A stretch of 64,000 nt of DNA from Octopus vulgaris (taxonomy: Eukaryota): assembly GCA_951406725.2 (NCBI GenBank), contig OX597822.1:40176001-40240000 (forward strand), given 5' to 3'. The first letter of the stretch is position 1; each line of letters starts with the position of its first letter. A program made the position numbers and the translations under genes. Below the pieces are notes generated by a model. It was not told the DNA's origin and made no database searches. It saw nothing but the letters and a program-made list of their open reading frames with translations. This document shows positions 1 through 13,296 of the stretch, in pieces.

Positions 1-470
1 AACCCCTCTCCCAAAATTTCAGGTCTTGTGCCTATAGCAGAAAGGATCATCATCATTATTATTGTTAAGGCGGTGTGCTGGTAGAATCGTTAGCACGCCG
101 GAAAATGCTTAGCTGTTTTTCACTCGTCTGTCTCTCCACAGGAATGGGTTAAGTAGGCTTTGGGGATTTATAAAATAGCGAAATATGAAGAGTCTGTTAA
201 GAGCGAACAAGCTCATAAAACAGGAGTCTATCTGGATTCCTGATCAAATGGGGCGCCAGTGTGTCGCAAATTTAAACCTACGTGCTAATGATATTCAGTT
301 ATAGTTGAATATACTGTGTCGATGTGAAACATAGTGCCTATTCCGAGAATTGAACAATAGCAAGACCTACCCGAAAATACGAAAGAGAGTCGGGTAAAAT
401 AGCGAAATAATTGTAAAATATTTCAAAATTTAAATATCAGAAAAAAATTGAACGCTATAAAATTATGAAA

Positions 471-565
471 GAGCTGGCAGAATCGCTAGCGCGCCGGACT
501 AATTGCTTAGTAGCATGTTCTTTACGTTCTGAGTTCAAATTCCGTCAAGGTCGACTTTATCTTTC
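471..565 (+). mobile_element. tRNA-derived SINE, family B, 5' fragment
   Basis: GAGCTGGCAGAATCGCTAGC...CGTTCTGAGTTCAAATTCCG..GGTCGACTTT matches the other family B copies; it stops where family A begins. Further B fragments at 1-45 (tail) and 68-131 (head). Confidence 0.8.
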
Positions 566-972
566 GGCGTAGGAATGGCTGTGTGGTTAGTAGCTTGCTT
601 ACCAACCACATGGTTCCGAGTTCAGTCCCACTGCATGGCACCTTGGGCAATTGTCTTCTACTATAGTCTCGGGCCGATCAAAGCATTGTGAGGGGATTTG
701 GTAGACGGAAACTGAAAGAAGCCCGTCGTATACATATGCATATAAATATGTGTGTGTGTATGTTTGTGTGTGTGTGTTTGTCCCCCCAACATCGCTTGAA
801 ACCGATGCTGGTGTGTTTACATCCCCGTATCTTAGCGGTTCGGCGAAAGAGACCGATAGAATAAGTACTAAGCTTACAAAGAATAAGTCCTGGGGTTGAT
901 TAGCTCGACTAAAGGCGGTGCTCCAGCAAGGCCGCAGTCAAATGACTGAAACAATTAAAAGAGTAAAAGAGT
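566..972 (+). mobile_element. tRNA-derived SINE, family A (CORE-like segment, internal TA/TG microsatellite)
   Basis: A-box-like TGGCTGTGTGG, B-box-like GTTCAGTCCC, CORE-like CACCTTGGGCAA, microsatellite after GAAGCCCGTCG, tail ATGACTGAAACA..AAAAGAGTA. About 15 copies in the window. Probably one of the described octopus OK/OR1/OR2 SINEs, but I cannot assign which. Confidence 0.9.
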
Positions 973-1659
973 ATGAGAATATTTGGAACGTTCTTGCAAC
1001 AAGTGAACAATATTTTCTTCTTCGTTCCTTTAGAGTATAATTTCTAAAAATATATTATGATGGCAATAAAATACAGTGGTGGCCGGAAGTGGTGGTAGAA
1101 ATGTCATTAAAAATTTAAAGATGGAGTCAAGAAGTAAGATGAAAGCGATCGTCATCATTATGAGTTACAGAGAATTAGCTGTGGGGTTTTTTTTTTAGCA
1201 AAGATGGCGGCTGTGAGGAACAATAAAGCAAAATTTTATAAAATTGATTAAAATTTGAATTTTTTAAGGTTTTTATTAACATTTTAGATTAATCCAACTG
1301 CTTGTTTAAGGTTTTACAGTTTTGCATTACGATCATAAGATATACATTATTAAAATACATATTCATTGAGTGTGTGTATGCGTGTCTGTACGTTGGCGGA
1401 TATTCATGTAGAAATACATTTGTGCCGAATTGCTTATGCACACTTAATATATAAAATCGGTCAATAGATTATTCTAAATGTCAAATACACGCGAAAACAC
1501 AAACGCACACGCACAAACGTTTGTGTATATAATACTAAAGTACAACAGCAGCAGTGTGGGGATAAATTAATCAGTCTCTTTACACAACACTTTGAAATAA
1601 ATGTTTATTGAATATTTCGATGAGAAATATTTAAATATTCTTACGTTGCTTATATATAA

Positions 1660-1841
1660 GCGCAGGCGTGGCTGTGTGGTAAGAACCTTGCTTCTCAACC
1701 GCATGGTTCCGGGAAGGCAGCAAGCTGGCAGCAAAGTTAGCACGCCGGGCCGGGCGAAATGCTTAGTGATATTTCGTTTGCTTTTAGGATCTGAGTTCAA
1801 ATTCCGCCGAGGTCGACTTTGCCTTTCACCCTTTATAGGAG

Positions 1842-1873
<32 letters not shown>

Positions 1874-2536
1874 ATGTGTGTGTGTGTGTATGTGTGTATG
1901 TATGTATGTATGTATGTATGTATGTACTAGCAATATCGCCCGGCGTTGCTCAGGTTTGTAAGGGAAATAACTATAAAGCATTTTTAGAGAGTTATAGCCA
2001 AAAAATAGCAAAAAAATGGAAAAAAAATAATGGTAAATTTTTTTTTGAGAGTTAAAAAAGGTCGAGTTGCGTCCCCTAGACAGTCTGTGGTTTGTGTTTC
2101 TGATTCTCGACCCCATGTCAAATTTATCGATTTTTTTCAGAACTGGGGAACTTTTCAAAATTTTCGCTGCATTAGTTTTGAATTATGACATTGGGCTATG
2201 TGTGTGTCAAGTTTCATCAGAATCGGTTGAAAGCAGTGGTCAGGGTGAGGGTACAACCAAACAGACACACAGAAACACACACAGACAAACTGCCGTTTAT
2301 ATAGAGAGAGATGTATGTATGTATGTATGTATGTATTTGTGTGTCTGTGTTTGTCCCCCTCCACCATCGCTTGACAACCGACGTTGGTGTATTTACGTCC
2401 TCATAACTTAGAGCTTCGGCAAAAGCGGCCGACAGAATAAGTTATAGGCTTACAAAGTGTAGGTCCTGGGGGGTCGATTTGTTGGATTAAAGGCGGTGCT
2501 CCAGCATGGCCGCAGTCAAATGACTGAAACAAGTAA
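1660..2536 (+). mobile_element. Family A SINE interrupted by a family B segment (1716-1836) and a Helitron (1927-2311)
   Basis: A head at 1660-1712 and A 3' half at ~2312-2536 (TGTGTTTGTCCCC...ATGACTGAAACAAGTAAA). Confidence 0.8.
1927..2311 (-). mobile_element. Non-autonomous Helitron, ~385 bp
   Basis: On the minus strand it starts TCTCTCTCTATATAAACGGCAG and ends GAGCAACGCCGGGCGATATTGCTAG, inserted between host A and T with no TSD. Near-identical to 39512-39894 and 36003-36374. Confidence 0.85.
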
Positions 2537-2572
2537 ATATATATATATTCTTTTATACACACACACACACAC

Positions 2573-2790
2573 ACGGGAGGGTGCTGAAAAGCTCCTGGCT
2601 TTGTGCAAAAGAAAATAGAGAAGGATCGGATTGCTATGATTTTATTCAACGTATTCCATTCTCAGATTCACACACACTGCAGCAGTCCTTCAGTTTTTCT
2701 AAGCTCTGTAAAAGAAGTCGGATGTTGGGCCACCAAACAGTCCTTTCGTGATGCTCTTAAAGCCAGAAAATGATTTAGTACTCCCTCGTA
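2573..2790. mobile_element. Tc1/mariner-type MITE
   Basis: Imperfect TIRs CGGGAGGGTGCTGAAAAGCTCCTGGCTTT / AAAGCCAGAAAATGATTTAGTACTCCCTCGTA. Same internal sequence as 19931-20125. Confidence 0.75.
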
Positions 2791-2792
2791 TA

Positions 2793-3107
2793 TGCACAGT
2801 TATGGTCGTGCGGTAAAGAGTTTGCTTCCTAGCCACACAGTTCCGGATCGACCCCAAATGTCTTCTTTTATAACCATGGGCGGACAAAAGCTTTGTGAGT
2901 AGATTTGGTGACTGGAATTTGAAAAAAAAGCCTTCCTGCCTTCAAAAACATTTGTTTACCGGTATTGGTTTGTTTACATCTTCGTAATCTAGTAGTTTGG
3001 CAAAATGTCCGATAGAAGTACCAGGTTTTAAAATATCACAAAATAAGAGAGTCGATTCAAGGCATTGCCCCAGCATGGCGGCAGTCCAGTTACTGAAACC
3101 AGTAAAC
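2793..3107 (+). mobile_element. Degenerate family A SINE
   Basis: Colinear diverged match to family A (TTGCTTCCTAGCCACA, GCTTTGTGAGTAGATTTGGT, CCAGCATGGCGGCAGTC). Confidence 0.6.
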
Positions 3108-3239
3108 GATAAGATGTGTATAATTTTTCTGCATGTATGAATGTATACACACACACACATACACACTGAGAGAAAACAGGCGTATTTGTTTATAAAATAT
3201 TTAGTTATATCATCTTACGTACATTTCATTAACAATTGA

Positions 3240-3301
3240 TATATACCATTCATATATATATATGTATATATGATAAACACACATACGTGTGTGACTATAT
3301 G

Positions 3302-3334
<33 letters not shown>

Positions 3335-3787
3335 GTGTGTGTATATGTATGTGTATATATATATATACACACACACACACAGACACACGCGTATTTATGT
3401 GCGTACGTATGCGTTCCACGAGCCATTCAAGGATGTTCTCTATGACAACAGCGATGTTTCTTCGTATATCAAACATAACACTTCATCTTTGATGTTTATA
3501 TGAAAAGAAGACGGAGGGTTTTAATGTGCGAGAGAAAAAAAGATATAGATTGAAAGAGATAGAGAGGGTGGGGTAAGGGCATTGGAGAGAGAGTGAGATG
3601 TGGTGGAGTAGTTTTTGTCGATAGTAGAGGGTTTGTGGGTTCCAAAACACACGTGTCCCTCTCAAGTGCAGCGTTTATAGCAGTGAGTAAATAGATATTG
3701 CATATTGATGATACTGTTGTAGTTCTGACTGCTGTTGTACATACATATATACGTGCATACATACACACACCTTTCTCTCTTTCTCTT

Positions 3788-3836
<49 letters not shown>

Positions 3837-3926
3837 AAACACATACCTACGTATACATATTTGTGTGTGTATGCATATATATATATATATATATATATAA
3901 TATACACATACACACATACCTATGTG

Positions 3927-3963
<37 letters not shown>

Positions 3964-3989
3964 TATACACATACACACATACCTATGTG

Positions 3990-4021
<32 letters not shown>

Positions 4022-4670
4022 ATGCACACATACACTTACACACATACCTATGTGTATGTATGTGTATGTATATATAAATAGATATATTCATGTGTATGTA
4101 GGCAATCATATATATATATATATATACACACACACATGCATACCTACCTATGTATACATGTGCGAATGCATGTATGTATATATATATATATATATATTCA
4201 CACACACACATGCCTATGCATACATATCTATATCTTAATATATGTATGTATATATATATATATATATATATTCCAATATCTATGTGTGTGCATGCATACC
4301 AGTGTGTATACATGCACACGTATACATATATTTAAGCAAATATACTTAGTTATATGTATACATATATGTATATTTACGTATGTATGTTTGCCTGAGTATT
4401 TGTATATGTTCGTTTATGCACATAGATGAGTATATGTGTGTGTACTTCTGTATATACATAAATATATGCTGCCTCTGTATAAACATACTTATATAAATAT
4501 TTCTTTTTAGATAGCTGTATATTTGTACATATGTACATTTAAAACATCTGTGAGTATATGTATGCACGTATGTGTACATATAGATGGGTTTATATGTTAT
4601 GCATACAAATACATACGAAATTTTATCTGTCCATCTATACACACATACACACACAGGTATATATATATAT

Positions 4671-4726
<56 letters not shown>

Positions 4727-5494
4727 ATATATGTGTGTGTGTGTGTGTGTATATATATGTGTGTGTGTGTGTGTATATATGTGTGTGTGTATATGTATGT
4801 GTGTGTATATGTGTGTGTATATGTGTGTGTATTTGTGTGTGTGTGTGTATATGTGTGTGTGTATGTGTATATATATGTGTGTGTATATATGTGTGTGTGT
4901 GTAGGGTTGTATGTTTTTTAGCAAACATACATACATACGTGGAAGCTCATGTGTATCTCAAAGCTCTGTAAATCACACACGCAAACACAACACGCACACA
5001 CACACGCACACACACACACACACTCACAGAGGGATTGTCAACAGTAGCCATTTTGAAACTAAACATCTGAAAGCTGTTTCTCTACGAACCATTTCTAAAG
5101 CTGTCTTCCGTCATTACTTTAAATATTTGTTATGGAGTCAGTCTAAACGTTCATCTTAAAAGTTGCAGCTTCGCTTTTCAGCCTTCATCTTGAAAATCCT
5201 CATTGCTTCAGACTTCTAAGCGTCTCAAATTGCCTTCTTCTACAAAGCTTAATCGTGTTTCTGCGCGCGCACTCACACACATGTACGCATGCACACGTGC
5301 ATGCATACACCTATTCATACAGCCATGGTTACATACACTCATTCAAGCACACACGCATGCATGCATGCATACATATGTGTGCTTCAATGTGTGTATGAAT
5401 TTGTCTTGCCTGTGCTGAAACGGATTACATATGCGGATCGTTTAGATCAATCTGCTTATGTGAGTTTATGTGTGCGTGTGTGTGTATGTATATA

Positions 5495-5542
<48 letters not shown>

Positions 5543-5720
5543 TACAGACACACGTATTCATAAACACGTGCAGACACAAATATGTACTCACGCAGTCATG
5601 TACCTACCTACTTACTTACCTACCTACCTACCTACCTATCTGTCTCTATCTCTCTCTATTTATGTATAGGTATACATTCAAACATATGCATGCATACATT
5701 CGTGCAGACACAAATATGCA
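3240..5720. repeat. Compound microsatellite field (TA)n/(CA)n/(TG)n/(TACC)n
   Basis: Directly visible. Similar fields at ~8040-9450, 12250-12470, 15040-15310, 23220-23800, 40850-41460, 55350-55800 and elsewhere. Confidence 0.95.
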
Positions 5721-6196
5721 TTCACGCAAGCATATACATGCATACATCAGCCATGTAAAGACACACTTGCCTTTTGGAATATTATTTTCCTTATCTTTGA
5801 ACCTTTTCCTCTTTCTGACGAAGAGTCATGCTCGTAACTTCACACTCCATCTTATCTTTCCATCTTAAACTTTCTCTGAGCGTCAGTCTAATATATTCAC
5901 TGTATACGTCATTTTCCCTGAGTTGTTTTACCTGTTTTTAATTTTAATTTGTCTATTTCTACATTGGAGCAGCGGTTTTAGATGTGCTTTATTATATTTT
6001 GTCTAAATATGTGCGCGCGCACGCGACTCTAGGTCTGTAAGTGTGATAGAAGGAACTGTCTCCGTTGAAACACTTTTAAACAGAGTTCTGCTTGATGAGG
6101 AGCAATCTGGGTCTAAATAACAAACACCTATGGCCGAAGATTAGCATCACGCTTGAAACTTGGAGTACCAAGGAGTTTGAATAAAACCGCTTCGAT

Positions 6197-6255
<59 letters not shown>

Positions 6256-8076
6256 TGCAGATGCAATGTTTGAACTCTTTGTCAGTGTTGTGTTCTGGAC
6301 GCACTCGATGTTTTGGATTTTACAACGTTCCGCCCTCATCCAAGCCACCTAATTTTGATTGTTGAAATCTAATCCTCTATTCAAGCGGCATTCTCTATTT
6401 CATCACTGATCGTCTGTTTTCAGTTATAGTCATGTTGATTCTTCCTCAGCTGCTCCTATTTCGTTCATGACGTCTGTTCTGCCCAGAGATCCATAGGTCT
6501 TTTTGGACTATGACCTGCAAACTCTCGACTGTTAACCGCCTGACAAACACCTAGTTCTCTACTCATGTTTGTGACATTCACCTATCAAATCCTGATATCT
6601 AACTCTTTCTCATTTGGATTTCCTCCATTTTCCCTTCCGATGCACATTTAAATCCAGTCGGACTAGCTACCTTGATGCAATGGCAACCAAAATATTTAGT
6701 CTCATCAAGGTTTGGGTAATGTTCGCTTGCCACTTTAGGTGTTTCTCCTCTTTAATTTCTATCACATAGTGCCATGCTATAGAAAGTAAGCAGTAATCTC
6801 TCGGAGCTACTCTCGGCTGGATTCATCAGCCCCTCTCTTCCCGACAAACGTTACACTTCTGGCTGTAGTGGTGGCACTTTTGGTGCTGATAACCCCTTTC
6901 GTTGACTGTCTCAAGGTTTGTCTTCAGGATCTGCTCGTTTCTCCATTGATAGCGTCTTCATCTCTGTGGAACAGCTGTTTAAAATGTACTTAACATCCCA
7001 TCGAAGTGTATGTCTGTGTGCGTGTTTGTGGGGATATAAGGAACCGTCTCGATTGAAAAACCTTTAAACAGAGTTAGACTTGATGAGAGCTAATCTAGAT
7101 TTGGAAAAAGATATATAATTGTATATGTCATTGTTTGGCCTCCAGATACCTAGTCGTCGGTAATGGATTAAGTACTAGCAGTAAATAGGAACAACTTCTT
7201 TGGAAAGGGATGTGTAGGTAAATATACTATCAGTTTAATCAACGCCAGTAAATGATCCGTATTTTATCGCCCCACGAGAGATTGAAAATAATCTTGGTAC
7301 CCGTATGATTTGAACCTAGAATTTAAAGGGTCGCAATTGAATACAATGAGGGCTTTCTCACCACTACTATCATCGTTATAGCACCTATCATTCACAGTCA
7401 CCACTACCACCACCACCATCATTCTCTCTTTTCTACTACTACTACTACTACCGTTCTCCCCACCACCACCACCACCATCATCGTTATAGCAGCTACCATT
7501 CGCTGTCATTACCACTACTACCACCTATACCACCATCATCATTATCGCCGCACGCACCACCTCCACCTCCACCATCATCACCGCTGCACAACACCTCCAC
7601 CCCTGTATTACTAAATAAGATGAATGCAGGCGAACATTAAAGCTCGGAGGAGGAGGTGGGCGGTGTGTAAGAGTGAGAGGATGAGGAGATGTGAAGTAAT
7701 GGAGGTGTGGGTTAGGGTGGAGGATGATCTATATTGATGAAGCGGCTGTGGGGTAGTTGTGGTGGCGGGGGTTATCGATTATGTCAGTAAAACCTTCTAG
7801 AAATGGAATGACAATGGAGAGACGAGGGAAGGAGGGTTCGCAGCCCCTGCGGGGTCGTGGTGCTGGTGGTGGCGGTGCTATGTACTGCTATGTGATTTAT
7901 AGTCGTGCCGGTGGTGGTTGTGATGTGGAATGGTGACATGTGGCGGTTGCGTATACTTGTGGCGGTATGTAGAGGTATGTGGGGGTTGGGCATGGCTGGA
8001 TGTATATGAGTACTTGTTTGATAGATTGATAGTGACATGTGTATTTAAGTGTGTGCATATATGTGCATATATGTGC

Positions 8077-8127
<51 letters not shown>

Positions 8128-8144
8128 ACTCTGTGTGTGTGTTT

Positions 8145-8176
<32 letters not shown>

Positions 8177-8639
8177 GCACATATACTTCGAGATATATGT
8201 GTGTGTGTGTGTAAGTGTATCTATGATTGTATATAAATGGATAGATGCACACACCTGTATGTATGTATGTATGTATGTATGGTTATATTTATATGTATAT
8301 ATATATATGAGATAGTGAAAGGCAGAATTTATAATTGCTAGTGCAGTCAGACTGGCGGACAGATATACTGTTAGGTAGATAGACAGATGGAAGGATAGGA
8401 TGTTTGATAGTAAGCCATAAAGAGCAGGAAAGTGTGTTGTAAGCCATTACATCAAGCATACAAAAGCCTCACAATCGCTAAGTTAGAAAATCAATAGCTG
8501 AAATAGGGAGACATTGAGAAGGGACAATAAAGTCTCCCTTCCACTCCCTTAATATAGAGGACCTAGCAATATTATGAAATGCAGAAACATAGACACATGC
8601 TAACACAGAATTATACACAGTGTGTGTGTTGTGTACAAA

Positions 8640-8702
<63 letters not shown>

Positions 8703-9015
8703 GTGTATTTATACACACACGTACACCTATCAACACATACGCCAAAGTACGTGCACACATACAATTATAGGTGCGTGCACTCGCAAACAAACATAAATGC
8801 ATATATACACATATATACGCAAACATGTACACACATATATAGATAGATAGGTAGATGTACAGGTATTTATATACAAGCGCGTGCATACTCTTTCTCGCAT
8901 ACATGAGTATACACACTTCTCTCAACACGAACGTTGGCATACACAGGCATACACTAAACTGGCGTACACATTTACATAAATACAAACTACAAGTAAATAG
9001 GCAACACTGCTCACT

Positions 9016-9051
<36 letters not shown>

Positions 9052-11621
9052 TACACACACACACACACACACTCTAAAACACAAAACACATATGCACAGA
9101 TTCTGGAACACAAAACACGTATACAAACCCTAACACACACATTCACTCTAATGCACACACTCTAAGACGCATATTCTAATACACACAGTTTTAACACGTA
9201 CACATACGCAGTATTAACACATACGTACATATTTATGCGCACACACACACACGCACTCTAACACGCATACTCTAATACACACAGTTTTAGAACATACACG
9301 CACGCACACTAATACATACACATACACACGCAACAGCAAGCTTTGGAGCACTCACAACACACACATACACACAACATCCTCACAATTCGACGCATTCGCA
9401 TTCGCACATAACATACTCGAACACACACTCACACACACACACACACTAAAACACCCCCTTTCAATACTCTGTTCCCGAAACTCCATTTTGGTTCGTTCTC
9501 AATTTTCCCAATTTTTATTTTCACTTCCTATAAAAACGAACTCTTTAAATTCCCATAATATTCACTTCTCGCCCATATATTTTCATCCAGTCTCTCAATT
9601 TTTCTGGGGTTATTAATTAGGGACCAAAATTGTACTCCTCTCCTCCTCCCCGAACCACATCCTTTCTCTTTCGCTTCCTTTTAAAAATACAATTTTCAGC
9701 CTCGTTTTTAATATTTAGCTTTTATTATATCATCTCTTGTTGTTATTCCCCCTCCTTCTCTCGCCAGCTTTTCAAATATTCCGCCAGGATTCGAAAAAAT
9801 TAATACTGGAATGTTTTTCCAGGAAAAAAAAAAACTGAATAAAAAGAAAAAAAAACCCATCAACATTGAAACATTAACAACAACAATAACGACATTAACA
9901 ATAACAAGAAGAACAACTACAACAATAATCACAATGTCAACATTATCAACAACTACTACAATAACAACGCCATCAGCCATAGCTATTTCCTGATGCATAC
10001 GTTTGAGATCTGTCATAAATACATAGATAAAACACAATATATACAGCTACACTTGCACACACACACACACACTCACACACATACACACACATATATATAT
10101 ACGCAGTTAGTTCACATCTGCACATATACGCACACACACACATATACACGCATATTCCTGTGCACTTCTCTTCAGAACATTGACCTTATAAAAGGGAGGT
10201 AATGATGGGGTTAGTACCGAAAAATTCACAAATTTTTCTTTGATTTCGCCACTCAAATGACACAAAACTCATTTGGAGTCCGTAAATATTTTCATATCTT
10301 TTTCATTAAACTTCGATTTTTCTCCCCTTCCTTCCCCTTAATCCACAACTGAGTTGAGATTTTGTTTGTTTCTGTTTAAATCCTGCTTTTTTTTCTTCTT
10401 TCTTCTACTTTTCTTCTTTAATCCCACTGCTATTGCGGTGGCGCTGTTACAATACAATGTTTTCTTAACAGTTGTTTAGGCATATCTGAGCTGCAATAAA
10501 TAATTACGATGGACACTTGAAGGCAATGGTTAAAGTCTTGTTACTTTATCGGAGATGAAAGACATTATCATCACGATAATTGGTAACAGTGTATAATTTC
10601 AGGGAAGATATGACAAAAAATGCAATTATTAAAAATGAAGTGTACTTCACAATACATATATATATATCTATATCCGGGTCTACAAGTGGCAATCCATACA
10701 TCTTAAACACATTATAAAAATCAAGCTTACACACAACCTGCTTGAAATACTAAATTACTTATAGGCTCTCCTATCTCAAATGTTTATTTATACTACCAAG
10801 CAGGTGGTAACTTGAAATTTGGCACAGAGCATATGACCTCGACTGTAATACTTACACTTACATTCCTATATATCAAAATATCTGTCTAGTACCAAATTGT
10901 AATATCATCTATGAAATGTTTGTGCGCCATTGGAGGTGATCTTGGAAAAAAAGTTTTACGCAGTTGTCAACTAAAAGCACATTGATAGTTGGTAGAATTA
11001 TGTTAGAGCCGTCTTAATTCTTTTATGACTAAAGGCGGGCAGTCCTAACTGTGTTATGACTAGTCGTAACATACATCACTCCATAGTACCACAAAGAGCC
11101 AATTTGAAAATTTTATAATTCTGCTTATCACTCCGTTATTTAGCCCGTCTGTAACGCTTCCACGTGATTAGTTGAAAGGAAAGGCGAAGAGCGAAAGAAA
11201 AAGGAGAGAGAAAAAGAGGGAGAGCACTGTGTATTAAGTCTATAAAATTGTGCATAAAGTATATAAAGTGTATACATAAAGTGTATTAAATAATCATCGC
11301 ATTCCAATTTCTTTCACTTTTCAATGAGTAGCAGATGAGCGACTATCTTTTGATACAGACGCAACACAGGCTACACTTCCAGGTTTTTGAGATAGTTTTC
11401 AGAAATAACCCAATAAGTTTACCATTAATTCAGTGAAATATTCACGAGTCCCAGTAGTATAAACATATTTTGAGAGATTATTTCTAAGTTTCATTGGAAA
11501 AAGAAATTATCTCCCCTTTTCGTGATAGGTTCAACTGCTCTACTTTTGTTCTAGTTCTCGGGTTAAGAAAGAAATTTAAATTAATAAATTCCAAATTTTT
11601 TGTTGCCGATGTCACTCACAT

Positions 11622-11663
<42 letters not shown>

Positions 11664-11969
11664 ATATAGAGAGGTGATGGGGAAGAAAGGCGCTTGCATG
11701 TATATGTACAAACACACGCAAACTCGCTCGATAAGCAAAGACAGCCCTATGAAAAACATTTGTTGTAAAGAATTCTCATAGTAATTTCCGCTTGCCTAAG
11801 GCACCGCCTGTTAATGCAATACCACACACACACCACCACCACTTCCAGCATTACAACCACCGCCACCATAATCATCGCAACCACTACCATCAGAATAACA
11901 TCAACAATAGCAAAACCCGATCCAAATTTATAAATTAGGTTAACAATTAACCTTAATTACGTATAGTAT

Positions 11970-12012
<43 letters not shown>

Positions 12013-12869
12013 CGTTGTGTACAAATGGAGTATGTATGCGTGCGTATGTGTTAGCTTCAAGGTTTACGGTGCCTGCGTTTCATATTTGTATGTTTGTGAG
12101 TGTGTGTATGTTTGCATTCTATGTATGGTACATTGTTAATGAATGAGTAGAATGCTGTGATGCGCTTGTGTTCCTGTATTAGTGTGTGTATGTGTGTACA
12201 GATAATGACAAAGTACTGATGAACTAGGAAAGAAATATAATTGCAGACATTATATATATATATATAATATAATATAATATAAATAATATATGCATATGTA
12301 TATACATATATGTACACACCTACTTATATATGTATATGCACATATACATATATATATATATATATGTACGCACCTACTTATATATGTGTATATATATATA
12401 TATATATATGCACATATACATACATATATGTACACACCTACATGTATATGTATATAGACATTCATATATGCGTAAAGGAAATCAAAAAAACGTTGAACAC
12501 AATGAGAAACGAAAACATAAAAACAAAAACATAGAAACGAAATTTTTTCGAACAACGAAGAAAACAGAGAAACGAGACATACATCATAAAGAATATTCCC
12601 CTTCTTCAGTTGTCCCTGTTTCAACTACTCCACGTTTATGTGCAATAGTACAAACATGAACAGAAAAATTTAATAAATGAATAGAGTAATTCCTCACTAC
12701 ATCGCGGTACATCTATCGCGGTACATCATTTAAGCTTACATCGAGTCCTCCGTTGTGTTGTTTTGCAGTTATAATAAAATAGATATATTCAACCGATGCT
12801 GGTGTGCATCGTAAATTCGGCACACCTGTACTAAAATTATAACTAAAAATATAGGGGAAAATTTATATT

Positions 12870-12950
12870 CAGGAGAGACTGTGACACACCTAGCACCGTC
12901 TTGTGGCCCACCAGTGTGCCGCGGCATACCAGTTGCGGAGTACTGATTTA
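12870..12950. mobile_element. Possible hAT-type DNA transposon terminus relic
   Basis: CCAGTGTGCCGCGGCATACCAGTTGCGGAGTACTG resembles hAT ends of the form GGTTGAGAAACACTG. A similar end (GGTTGAGAACCAACAG) lies near 42560-42575. Confidence 0.35.
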
Positions 12951-13296
12951 GACCTTATACTGCAATCTTGGTTTTCTGGTGTGTATTGGTAATGTTGTTA
13001 GTAGGGTATTTTTTACATAGTGCTGATTATGTCATGAACTTTTTTGTTTTGTCGGAGAGAATGTCTACATTGAGGGTTTGTATGAAGTGGTTCACGTAAT
13101 TATTTTCGGTTCGTACATAGTTGATGTTTGGGCAATCGCAAACAATAAGGATCACAGCATAGAAAAATTCAGGGAACATATTAATCTTTAAAGTGTTTGT
13201 TCTAAATAATATATCACCACACTACACCTCCAGACAGGCAGATACTCCTCTCGTAGAAAACCGAACAAGCATGTAAGATTTACGTACATACATACG

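Noticed and set aside
3210-5868. Many 60-200 aa ORFs rich in YI/HT/CV (also at 8, 12, 15, 23, 25, 41, 47 and 55 kb)
   Set aside because: They are stop-free translations of dinucleotide and tetranucleotide microsatellites.
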